In this document: one piece after another, positions 1-9,600 of the stretch
How positions within the stretch are numbered: position 1 is the stretch's first letter
Layout: every line of letters starts with the position of its first letter
Virus record (IMG/VR): IMGVR_UViG_3300042348_001111
Span: 107,453-121,380 of that record
Direction: 5' to 3' (one strand)
From: a virus
Taxonomy: Duplodnaviria > Heunggongvirae > Uroviricota > Caudoviricetes
DNA length: 13,928 nt
Notes under the pieces: model-generated
Seen by the model: the letters and a program-made list of their open reading frames with translations, nothing else
What the model was told of the DNA's origin: nothing
The model's database searches: none
Translations under genes and position numbers: made by a program

Positions 1-360
1 GTTTGTACCGGCTTGAAACCATACAGTTTGTCCTGCAATTCTTCCTGAAAGATTACCAGTAAGCGTAATTGTCGTTGTGGTACCTCCAGTTGGAGTAAGC
101 GTATTTGACCATCTACCCCAAGCTCCACAAGCACCTGCTCCAAATGTTCCTGCAAGTGCCATTGAAGGTATTTGAACCCATGCATCCTCGTCAACATCAT
201 AAATATACTGAGCAGTTGTACTTGCAACTAAAAGAGATGTTCGTCTTATTCCTCCAGGATCTTTGATAATAAATACACCAGCTCCTGTAGAAACAGGAGC
301 AGGAGTCATCATTTGCCACTCCTTGCGGTGCAAAAGTAGTTTGTTGTTTTGTACGGCCAT
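1..360 (-). CDS. Phage structural protein, possibly beta-propeller/beta-rich; 3'-truncated by the window edge
   Basis: Not in the ORF track; translated by hand. ATG at 360, 2 nt after the TAA of the 161-aa gene, open to position 1: MAVQNNKLLLHRKEWQMMTPAPVSTGAGVFIIKDPGGIRRTSLLVASTTAQYIYDVDEDAWVQIPSMALAGTFGAGACGAWGRWSNTLTPTGGTTTTITLTGNLSGRIAGQTVWFQAGTN. Product is inferred from composition and context. Confidence 0.8.
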   Translation of the reverse strand, partial: MAVQNNKLLLHRKEWQMMTPAPVSTGAGVFIIKDPGGIRRTSLLVASTTAQYIYDVDEDAWVQIPSMALAGTFGAGACGAWGRWSNTLTPTGGTTTTITLTGNLSGRIAGQTVWFQAGTN

Positions 361-362
361 TG

Positions 363-848
363 TTAGTTTACGTTGTTGATGTTAGAATTGATTGCAGAGA
401 TATTATCAAAACTCTTTACTAAAGAGCTAGCTGAGTAACTACCAATAGAACCAATGTTTGAAAGAGTACTCAATGTACTCATGTTTGGTGTCGCTGTTGG
501 TGTTACCCTTATGTCTGCAAGAATACCTTTTGCTTGCGAAAGTACTTCTAAATGTTTAACCATGTCAAACAAAGCATTTAAAAGTTGGTCACTTGCCGGA
601 ATATACTCTGTATCATAATAAATCTGAAGCTTGTCAGCATTTGACATGCTTGCTGTATTGTAAGTAAGCGTAAGTATATTTCCAGCAATAGTGCCACCCA
701 ATGTAGAACTTGCAAAATTATAAATAATCGTGTTTGTTGTACTATTGGTAATTAAAAGCACTCTGTTTAAATCAATGCTTGTATAGTCACTAAAAGTGAT
801 AGTTTTTGACGCAGCATTGAAAGTGTAATTGGTTATTAATGTTTTCAT
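363..848 (-). CDS. Phage structural/fibre-associated protein (161 aa)
   Basis: Thr/Ser/Asn-rich. The N-terminal ~80 aa beta-rich module (YTFNAASKTITF...VLLITNSTTNTIIYNF...KLQIYYD) resembles modules I recall from aquatic phage virion proteins. Flanked by 11-nt and 2-nt gaps. Confidence 0.75.
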   Translation of the reverse strand: MKTLITNYTFNAASKTITFSDYTSIDLNRVLLITNSTTNTIIYNFASSTLGGTIAGNILTLTYNTASMSNADKLQIYYDTEYIPASDQLLNALFDMVKHLEVLSQAKGILADIRVTPTATPNMSTLSTLSNIGSIGSYSASSLVKSFDNISAINSNINNVN

Positions 849-859
849 TCATTGAGTTT

Positions 860-1120
860 TTATAGAACAATAGCATATGCTATGATCATTGACTCTGTTA
901 AACTGTTTGCGGAAGTTGCACTAATTGTGACATCTCCAGTCCCTGAATCAGCACCGCTAGATATAATAGTGATACCTGTACCTTGAACAATTTTTGCAAC
1001 AACAGCCTGACCAACAGTGGTGGTGTTCAAATCAGATCTGCTTACAGATCCTTGCTTAATGAGATCACTGTCAATTGTGTCAGAAACAATCTGAACACCA
1101 TTCACTTTGGTTCTTGGCAT
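860..1120 (-). CDS. Small fibre-like structural protein (86 aa)
   Basis: Fills the gap between co-oriented genes. Has a GTGITI...GDVTIS fibre-type beta motif, a hydrophobic C-terminus (MIIAYAIVL), and an N-terminus resembling that of the 581-aa protein. Confidence 0.7.
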   Translation of the reverse strand: MPRTKVNGVQIVSDTIDSDLIKQGSVSRSDLNTTTVGQAVVAKIVQGTGITIISSGADSGTGDVTISATSANSLTESMIIAYAIVL

Positions 1121-1162
1121 ATATTGTTGATTTTACTCAGCTTTTTTAAACGGTTTTAAATA

Positions 1163-2908
1163 TTATGAACCTACTCCAAAATCTCTAAGATAAGTAACTT
1201 GAATAGTATCTCCAGCATTAAGCGAATAGTTAAAAGTAATCCGATTTTGAGTTAAACCTGTTCCTATTTGATAATCATCACCTACTCCTTTTTTCATTAA
1301 TACTCCATTGACATATACATGTTCTGTACCATCATAAATAGGCAAAGTAACATCATAAACAGTACTTGCAGTTATAACAGCTGGTGTTTCTTTGAACCTC
1401 CAACCAAGATTTACAATTGCACCAGCAGCTGTAGATGCACCAGTACCACCATTAGCAATTACAAGTGTGCCTCCAAGAGTTACTGCGCCACTGGTTGCTG
1501 AAGATGGCGTAAGACCCGTACTGCCACCTGAAAAAGAACTAACAGCTGTAGCAGCTGTAAGATAGGTATTTGTATCAAGACTCCATGTATCAGTAGCAGT
1601 TTTTCTCAAAAGACCTGAAGTTCCTGAGAGTGCAGCAATTGCTGCTAAGTCAGCATCATAAGCTTGCACGTTTGTTCCAATAGCAAGACCCAAATTGGTG
1701 CGAGCACTGGCAGCATTGTTTGCACCTGTACCACCATTTACAACAGCTACAATACCAGTGACGTTAGTAGCTGTACCTGTAATGTTAGAGTCAGTAAACG
1801 CAATGTCTTTAGTAGACGCGGTTGATCCATCGTCAGATCTGTATTTAAGCACACCAAATCTGGCCCACAAATCGCCTGTTTCAGGAGAAGTAGGATTAGC
1901 ACCATTTACTATTCTTAAAGAAGCTGTAGCTGCTGTAGATGTAACCAGTTCAATTTTTCCTGTCATTACACCACCAGCTCTTGATAAAGCTGCAGCTGCA
2001 AGCTCGTAGGTTACTCTTACAGCATTTGCAGTAGCAGCACGATTTGTTTGAACTGAGCTGGTTGAATCGTCAAGTTGTACAATACCACTTTGTGATGTTG
2101 TTGCATTTCTTACTGAGCCTGTGCTAAGTCCTGTGACACGTCCAAAACTATCAGTTGTAACGGTTGCTACAAAACTAATTCCAGCTGTTGCAGAACCTGT
2201 TGAAAGACTAACAGCTGCAAGATTTATACCACCTGCTCCAACTGTAATGTTGTCAGTGTTAGCTGAAACAACTGTTAGTATGTTTCCACTTTTACTTAAA
2301 CCATTTCCTGCAGTTATTTGACCAGCACCTGAAAATTGCTCAAACGAAAGAGCAGTAGTCCCAAGCGCAATAGTGCCGTCTGTAATAAGTATCCAACCTG
2401 AATTAGCGTTAGCAGTTCCTTCTTCAACAAACGTAAACATGCCTGATGTAACATCAGCGTTAGCATCAGCGTCTGTTGATCTTGACCATGCGCCTGCGGC
2501 TACCACATAAATACCGTTGGCAGAAGCAGTAGTTTGGTTTTTAACCAACACACGATCACCAGCGCTCAACGCTACACCGTCAATGGTCTGTGTTCCAGAC
2601 AATGTAATGTTTGCTGTAGTAGCGGCTCTTACAGAAGCCTTGACATCAAGACCCTGTGAAAGACTATCTACTCTTGTATCAACGTAGTTTCTGGTAGCAG
2701 CGTCTTGTGCGGCAGTTGGATCTGCAAGACCTGTAATTCTCTGGGTACCCATTTGAAGGTTACCTGTCATTACTACAGAGCCATCTTTTTTGATAAAATT
2801 AGTACCATCCGCAAGTTTGGATGTTGCTATAGCAGCGCCTGATGCGATATCTGCGTCAACAATGTTTAAAGGACCAAGTTGGCCTTTTCTAATTAGTGTA
2901 ACTGGCAT
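1163..2908 (-). CDS. Phage fibre protein (tail or head fibre), mosaic, 581 aa
   Basis: A/T/G/S-rich. Motifs include [41 protein letters not shown], a lambda Stf/P2 gpH-type repeat ([17 protein letters not shown]...[14 protein letters not shown]), two GGTGA..A..A..NLG motifs, and a C-terminal beta-sandwich-like module. Confidence 0.85.
   Translation of the reverse strand: MPVTLIRKGQLGPLNIVDADIASGAAIATSKLADGTNFIKKDGSVVMTGNLQMGTQRITGLADPTAAQDAATRNYVDTRVDSLSQGLDVKASVRAATTANITLSGTQTIDGVALSAGDRVLVKNQTTASANGIYVVAAGAWSRSTDADANADVTSGMFTFVEEGTANANSGWILITDGTIALGTTALSFEQFSGAGQITAGNGLSKSGNILTVVSANTDNITVGAGGINLAAVSLSTGSATAGISFVATVTTDSFGRVTGLSTGSVRNATTSQSGIVQLDDSTSSVQTNRAATANAVRVTYELAAAALSRAGGVMTGKIELVTSTAATASLRIVNGANPTSPETGDLWARFGVLKYRSDDGSTASTKDIAFTDSNITGTATNVTGIVAVVNGGTGANNAASARTNLGLAIGTNVQAYDADLAAIAALSGTSGLLRKTATDTWSLDTNTYLTAATAVSSFSGGSTGLTPSSATSGAVTLGGTLVIANGGTGASTAAGAIVNLGWRFKETPAVITASTVYDVTLPIYDGTEHVYVNGVLMKKGVGDDYQIGTGLTQNRITFNYSLNAGDTIQVTYLRDFGVGS
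1404..1750 (-). repeat. Two copies of a fibre motif inside the 581-aa gene (~1687-1750 and ~1404-1468)
   Basis: [22 protein letters not shown] versus [22 protein letters not shown]; protein-level repeat. Confidence 0.75.
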
Positions 2909-2910
2909 GA

Positions 2911-2929
2911 TTAAAAGGGGTTAAAGGGG
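2911..2929 (-). repeat. Short imperfect tandem repeat just upstream of the fibre start codon
   Basis: Plus strand TTAAAAGGGG TTAAAGGGG; on the coding strand CCCCTTTAA CCCCTTTTAA TC ATG. Confidence 0.5.
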
Positions 2930-2965
2930 TCACTTATAATTTAATACAAAAATTTAATTTTTTTA

Positions 2966-3532
2966 CTATGTTGCTTTATAATCTACAGTTATAAGATCAT
3001 TATTAAATGGTGCTGTAGAAAATTCTATTTTGTCAGGTTGAACTTCAATGTAGTCATATTGAACTCCCGGTGTAAGTCTTATACCATTTAAAAAAACCTT
3101 TGTAGAGTTGCTTAAAAAGGCATAACGTAAAGAAAAAACCTTATTAGAACTATTTCTGTTTCCTAAAATGTCATAATCATAATCAGTTATATCAGCACTT
3201 ACTGCAATTACGTTTGTTTGTACTACAAATTTGTTTGAAGTATAAACACCGGTACCTGTTACGTCACCTGTTAACTCAAATGTCCTAAAACTTGCTTGAA
3301 GCTTATTTACAGCTTGAAGCAGGTTGTCAGAAGACGTGATAGCTGAAGCGTTAGCAAGACTATTAAAACCTGTTAAAGGTCTGCTTAATACAACATCTGT
3401 CTCAACACCGTCTGGGGCTAAATATGTGAGAAACTGATTTTTTACATAGACTTTTACAAACCCATTTGCAGGACTGGCTGGCGTTGTAGCAAAGTTTGCC
3501 AAATGAAGTGGCACTAAAAACTTTGAAGCCAT
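2966..3532 (-). CDS. Phage fibre-associated structural protein (188 aa)
   Basis: Contains an LTGF...AITSSDNLLQAVNKLQ coiled segment of fibre type. Its C-terminal module (VFLNGIRLTPGVQYDY...IEF...DLITVDY) parallels the 581-aa C-terminus. Ends in tandem stops TAG TAA. Confidence 0.8.
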   Translation of the reverse strand: MASKFLVPLHLANFATTPASPANGFVKVYVKNQFLTYLAPDGVETDVVLSRPLTGFNSLANASAITSSDNLLQAVNKLQASFRTFELTGDVTGTGVYTSNKFVVQTNVIAVSADITDYDYDILGNRNSSNKVFSLRYAFLSNSTKVFLNGIRLTPGVQYDYIEVQPDKIEFSTAPFNNDLITVDYKAT

Positions 3533-3564
3533 CAGGTTTTACATTTTTAAGCTCTGGTTTTATG

Positions 3565-3602
3565 CAAAAAGAATACTACAGGCACACAATGCCCACAGTA
3601 GT
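3565..3602 (-). terminator. Possible intrinsic terminator downstream of the giant-gene operon
   Basis: Minus strand ACTAC-TGT-GGGCA-TTGTG-TGCCT-GTAGT (bulged stem) followed by ATTCTTTTT, about 65 nt after the 2,012-aa stop. Confidence 0.4.
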
Positions 3603-3649
3603 CACTAATAATATAAAGAATTTTCTTAGCATTTTTGCAAAATATTAAG

Positions 3650-3657
3650 CAAATATA
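3650..3657 (-). promoter_or_regulatory. Candidate Bacteroidota-type -7 promoter element
   Basis: TATATTTG matches the TAnnTTTG consensus. No properly spaced TTTG -33 element is evident and the region is AT-rich. Confidence 0.25.
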
Positions 3658-3667
3658 GCAGAAATCT

Positions 3668-6600
3668 CTATTGATTACGCTTCATTATGTCAATTCTGTA
3701 GTTAGGATCTGCAAAATCGCGGAAATTTTTAAGACCTGTAAGATCCATAAAATCCTTAGCAATCTTAGGGTCACCCTTCTCGTAAACACCGCTTTTGCGT
3801 GAGTAAAACGCGTCTTTCCATATCTCCTGGTAGTATTCACTATCATACATAGGATCAGGTTCCTGACCACCATTCATAAGCATTGCTTGACCATAGTAGA
3901 ACGTATGGCTGCCCAAACGCTGCAAAGCTGTAAATTCACGCACCAGAGGAACTGCAGTAGTAAAGTTCTTGATATACTCTTGAGAACCGCCGCCTACAGG
4001 AAACATGGAGGTTGCTTCACCCTTTACACCCCACAGGATGCGTATCGCGTTACCCTCCAAAAAGCTCAGTTCTTCATCTTCATCGTTCTTTTTGCGTACA
4101 TACATTAGTGCCATCATAGACACCATTGTCAGAATGGCCATTACAAGTGCATCACGCGATGCTTGGTCCATCTTGCGAGAAAGCAGTTCACCCAGTTGGT
4201 TCTGGTTAGTCTTGCTCATATGCTTAGACCCACGAATCCAGTGCTTCATTGCGTAACCTGGACCATAGTTCCTAAAGACAATCCCTACAGCTCTCCAGTA
4301 ACCCAAGGCAGCTTCACCAGCTTCCCAGTTGGGACGCAGGTAACCAAAACGGTTCAGCAATTGTGGCACCAGATACTTTCTGAAAAACATCACAATTGTA
4401 CCAATGGGAGACTCCTCAAGCTTTGTCTGGTCAGCTTTGGCGTAGTTACCCTGGGTGCGGCGCATCTCAGAATAGATAATATTGCGCACACGGTTCTCAT
4501 CCTCCTGGTCATACTCTACATCCTGCCTGCGCTGAAGTTGACCGGTGTTGTCCTTGTAGTAGATTTCATGCACAGGAATCATGACATCCTCACCGTTAGC
4601 ATCTTTCTGATAGATATTGTTGCCCTGAGGATCTTTACCTGCAATAACGCGATAGCGATTGTTGTTCATCACTGCGTACATGACTGTGACAGCGATCTCT
4701 GTGTCACCCTTGTCCTGGAACATGAACCCAAGCTCCTGGATACTGGTCATATGTGAAGCTACTTTGCGTTTTCTTCCACCAGTTACCTCGTTCATGTATC
4801 CTAAGAAGTCTTTCTGTGCAGGGTTAAAGAACCGGTACAGCATGGTAGATTCACTGACATCACCAATTTTGCCAAAGTCTGCAAAGTAGTTGTGTAAAAA
4901 TCCATTGTAACCATACACCTTGCTTTTAGCCCACATGTAGTCTTTACGCGAGTATTGGTCAGACGCAAGACCACCTGCAGCAATAAACGCCTGCACGTTA
5001 CCAGAAATGTAGTTTTTGGTCTGGTTCACTAGGTCAAATCCAATACGTATAAAGGATGAGTAAGCAAGTGCTGAGTTTAGCTTTTTGTTGATAGCACGAT
5101 CTCCGGCAGCACCGCTTTTGCTTTGTCCATAGAGAAACTTGCGTTTTTCAAAGTTCAGAATGCTGAGCATAGTCTCAAGCTCTTCCACACGTTCTTGCAT
5201 GTTTACCTGGATACTGTTGCCTTTTTCATCAGGCTCTGTCATAAACTTCTTTCCTGTACCTACTTCTTTACGTAGATTCGTAAGCTGCATCTCAAAAAAT
5301 GCAATGTACTGCTCTACTGCAGGTGCCACTTTTTGCATGGCAATGTTGTGCTGAGCTTCAACAGTGTACTTCATAATAGCCCCAATAGCATCACGTGTCT
5401 GCAGTTCTTCAGGAAGCTGCTCTGTAAACCTATGACGCAGCTTGCCATTCAGGTCTCCATACATGCCATCTACCTGATCAATCTTACTATGAGTACGCCA
5501 GGTGTTTTCAGCAAACTTCTGATACTCACCATTGAGTGAACCCACAAGACCTTTTCTGGCAATATTCTCTACAGTGCTTGCGGCAAAACCTGGTACCAAA
5601 TAACCCATCTTACGACCTTCAACTTTTTGCTGAATGTCAAAGTACATAGTCATTAAGTCGTTGTAGAAACTAAACAGCTCTGGGTCTGCCATCAGCTTTC
5701 TGTACTTGTTAGAGATGTTTGGAGAACTCTCAAAACCTGGGCGTATCACATACTGACCATCACTGTTCTGCATTACAGTCTTGGGCATAGGAATGCCTTC
5801 AGGACTCTGTAAAAAGTCAGGGTTCTTGGCGCTTTCTTTGATACGCTTGATTTTGTACTTGGGATGCGGCACTGTTTCCATGTATAGTGAATACAAGGAC
5901 TCAACTGGCAAGTTCTCAAAGTTGTATGACTTAGGCAGTGCATTTTGCCTTACATCATAACCGGTAGTGACAGACTGGTATTTGTTATTGTGATGCAGAT
6001 TGTACCAGGTGCGAAACTCTTTTTCTTTTTTACTGAAATTAGCTTCTGCTTTACTTAAAGCAGTTTGTGCTGCGTCAATTTCTTTTTTGTCTGCCTTGGT
6101 AGTTGCTGTGGCAAGATCGTTTTCTGCGGTAATCATCTCCCGCTGCGCGGCGTAAAGGATCTTAAGTTTTTCATCAAAAGTGTCCAGGTATCCTTGTGCA
6201 AGACGCTTCTCAGAAATCTTTTTAATCTCGTTGGATATCTGCACAAGTTGTGCTTTCTGCTGAATATCAAGCATGCCGGTGTTTCTCTTTTCCAACATGA
6301 TTTCTTCTATCAAACCTGCAATTTCATCAAGTCTTGTCACATGATCCTCGCTCATAAACTTAGGCTGCAGACGTCCTCCTACTTTGTACTGACGCAGAAT
6401 AGCATTACGTTCATCCATCAGTTCTTTTATCTCAGGATCACTTCCTGCAATGGCAGCTTTTGCGTCATAGAGAAGACCCAGTTGTTCATGCCAGTTAAGC
6501 ATCTGCAGATCATTACGCATAGCTACTACAGTTTCACCGTCCTCATTGACTAAATCTACAGATCCTGCTGCACGTTCTGTGACAACTGTCCATATCTGAT

Positions 6601-9600
6601 CCTGGTACATGACATTAGTGCCGCGCGTAAGTTCTTGAGGCAATTCAGGTCTTTTTGTTGGACGCTGTACCTCATTGGTCTTCTGCCACTTTTCCCAAAG
6701 TTCAGGGTGTGAATCTTTATAGCGTACCATAGCACTATCGCGCATACGCTCATAGAAATTGATGTTTACATCATACTCATAGAGCTCATTGAGCTGATCC
6801 ATGTACTGTGCATACTCAGGACTCATTTCTTTTGCCTGTTGGCGAAGAGTTCTGATTTCCTGTTCAAGTTCTTGTAAACGCTCAAAGTCGTACTCTTCCA
6901 AGAGTATTTCATTACCCTTGCCTACATCATAGACAATCGTTTCCATTTCAAAGTAGCGTTTCTGCAACTCTTCACGAATAGATTGAGGCAAAGCTTTTTG
7001 CAAAGAATAAAATGCTTCTGTGTAAGGAAGCTGTGCGTTGTCTATCATCCATTGTAGGTACTGGTCTTTGTACTGTTCATATTCAGCAACTTTGTCCAAG
7101 TAAATCTGTTTTGCAGCAGGACCATCTGACTCCGTAGCTTTCATGTGACTGTCAGCTTTAAGAGCACTCATCTCTTTTCTGAAAACTTGCAACTTAAGAT
7201 TGTATTCTTTAAACGTGTTTTTGTATGCTTCAGTGTAGGGTGCACTCATATACAGCCGCCGCTGTGTTTTTAACTCACCTTTATCCAGATAAGTATGGTC
7301 GCGGTACTCAGAAACTATGTCGTTGAGCTCTTCTACAGTGTAACGCTGCAAGAGCGCATCTCGCTTTTGGTCAAACTTCATTGACGCAAAGTTGTTCTGA
7401 ATAGCAAGACGCGCTTGTGCTTCTGCATTTTTCAGCATAATAGTAAACGCACTGACCGCTAATTCTGAGTTGGACGCAGAAGAGATAAACTGATCCATAA
7501 AAGTATTACGAAACAGCCCTGAACCTGAAAAAGTACCCTGACTTCCTACATAGTTTTGAGCATTAGGATCTCTAAGACCATTAATGTATTTCTCTAAAAA
7601 CTCATCATTAAACATATATCCGCTTTCCAGCAGTGCTTTTTTTTGCAGGATTTGTCTTTGCAGTTGTTCCATCTGCACCAGTACGCTTGGATCTATACCA
7701 CCTTGTGCAAGCGTTTCAGCCACACGTCTTTTATAAGAACTGTCCATAAACATCAATGCCTTGTGCTTAAAAGCTTTGAGAATTGACGCAGATTTGCCTT
7801 GTTCTAGGTCTTGTAGTTGTTGCTCCAGCTTTTTGATTTGTAACTCAAGAACTTCTTTGAGTTCTTTGTTTACATTAGTAAAGATTTTTTCTCCCGGAAC
7901 TTTTAAAACCTGCACAGCATTGTGTAAAGCAGTATGCCTAAACGCTGCTGCAATGTTGTTCAAAGCGCCATCTATTGCAGTAGTCTTAGATTCAAAAAGT
8001 TCATTTACTACAAAAGCATTTTCAGTATTCTTACTTGCTTCAGTAATAGTTTCTTTTAAAAGATCAAAAACCAGACTCAGTGAATTACTCATCTGGTAGA
8101 TTTTTAGAATCTCTTGTCCTTCTTTGCTTATTGCGAGATCAGGAGACAGTACAAACTTATCCATCAAGTTATCTGCAAGGTTGCTAAGTCTTGTGACATC
8201 GCGCTCAACTGTATCCAAAAGGTTTGAGAAATTATACGCAAAAGATAGCTCACTGTCGTCTGTGACCTTGCTTACAATATCCTGGTAAGTGCGCAGTGTG
8301 CTGCGGCGTGTTTCAAGTGCTGCCAACAGTACATTGTCGTTGCCTTCTCTTTTGAGTTTTTCAATCTGTATTAAAGTGTCGTTAAGTTCTGTATTGATAG
8401 CTCCCTGTATCTTAGTTTTGAGAGCTGTGTTTTGTTTTTCAGTAATCTTAAAATCACTGATTAAAGCTTTTCTTTTTGATTCTGCCTGAGCTTCTTCAGA
8501 AATAGGGATCTGCTGATCTACAGTTTTTCTGAAAGAATCAAGTTTTTGATAACCAAAAGTAGGTTCTGTTTTCCAATACCCATTGTTGTTGGGAACATTG
8601 GCTCCTTTTGCATAGTCGTAGTAGTACTTCTCGTCAAAGACATGTATGGCAGCACCTTCAAACTTGCCGTCATCGTCTGTTTCATACATCAGTGCCACAA
8701 TGCTTTGATCATTGACCTCTAGGCCATTTTGTATCAGCATGTTTTCATAGACCTTCAATTGCAAAGTCCAAGTGTCATAAGCTGACCGGTTAGTACCTTT
8801 GAATGCTGCTTCTGTACCAGGTTTGTTGTCTACAGTAAAGGTTTTTTCAGCAAGATGAACCAGTGCACCGTCTACGTTCACAGACCTTGTGCCATCTGGA
8901 TTTGTTTCCATAAGGCGCTTAACTTTCTTGGTCTTAAAGTCAAACACGTTTACACGTCCTTGAGAGTCAATTAAGAGCAAGTCAAGACGACCCACTACCA
9001 TGCTGCCTGTCTTTGTGGTACCTGTAATAGTAACCTCTGGCAGAATCATGAAGCCTTTGTCATTAAAGACTGTGATATGCATAGCAAGACCCCGCGCCAT
9101 TTCAAACATGGCTTGTTCAGTGAGGTTGTCAATATTGAAAGGATACTTTTCTTTGTAGTTTTTTAACGCGTTGTCAAAAAACTCTTGTGTAATTACATCA
9201 TAAATGGCAACACCAGACGTAAGACTTTCTACCTGTGCAAGCTCTAAAGCTTCATGCATAAACGTACCAAACAGTTTGAACGCTTCATACTTAGAAGGAT
9301 CTCCCTTAAAGTCAGAAGCACCAATAAAGTTTGAAACACTGACCGTCTTTTTGGGAGGCATGCCGTTTTTGACAAGTTGAATATTCTCACGCAAAAACTC
9401 CTGTTGCCGCATGTTCATTTCCATAAGCTTGTCAAGCGTGACTCTTTGCAAAGGTTTAGCACTAAACCTAGCACGCTGAAGCATTGTCATTTGAGCTATC
9501 GCACGCTCCAGTTTAAACTCATCTGAACTTTTGCTGATCTGCTCATCTTTTTCTTCAGCTTTTAGACTAGCCAAAAGCCTTTGTGCGTCATAAACATCAG

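Noticed and set aside
1121-1162. TTTAAA-containing quasi-palindrome in the intergenic gap, and a similar A/T palindrome at 2948-2962
   Set aside because: Made almost entirely of A/T in AT-rich spacers; expected by chance and too weak as terminators.
1319-8489. Plus-strand and alternative-frame ORFs of 60-197 aa (e.g. 4163..4756, 6065..6553, 1695..2009)
   Set aside because: All lie wholly within long genes, have no recognisable motifs, and look like antisense or shadow frames of biased codon usage.
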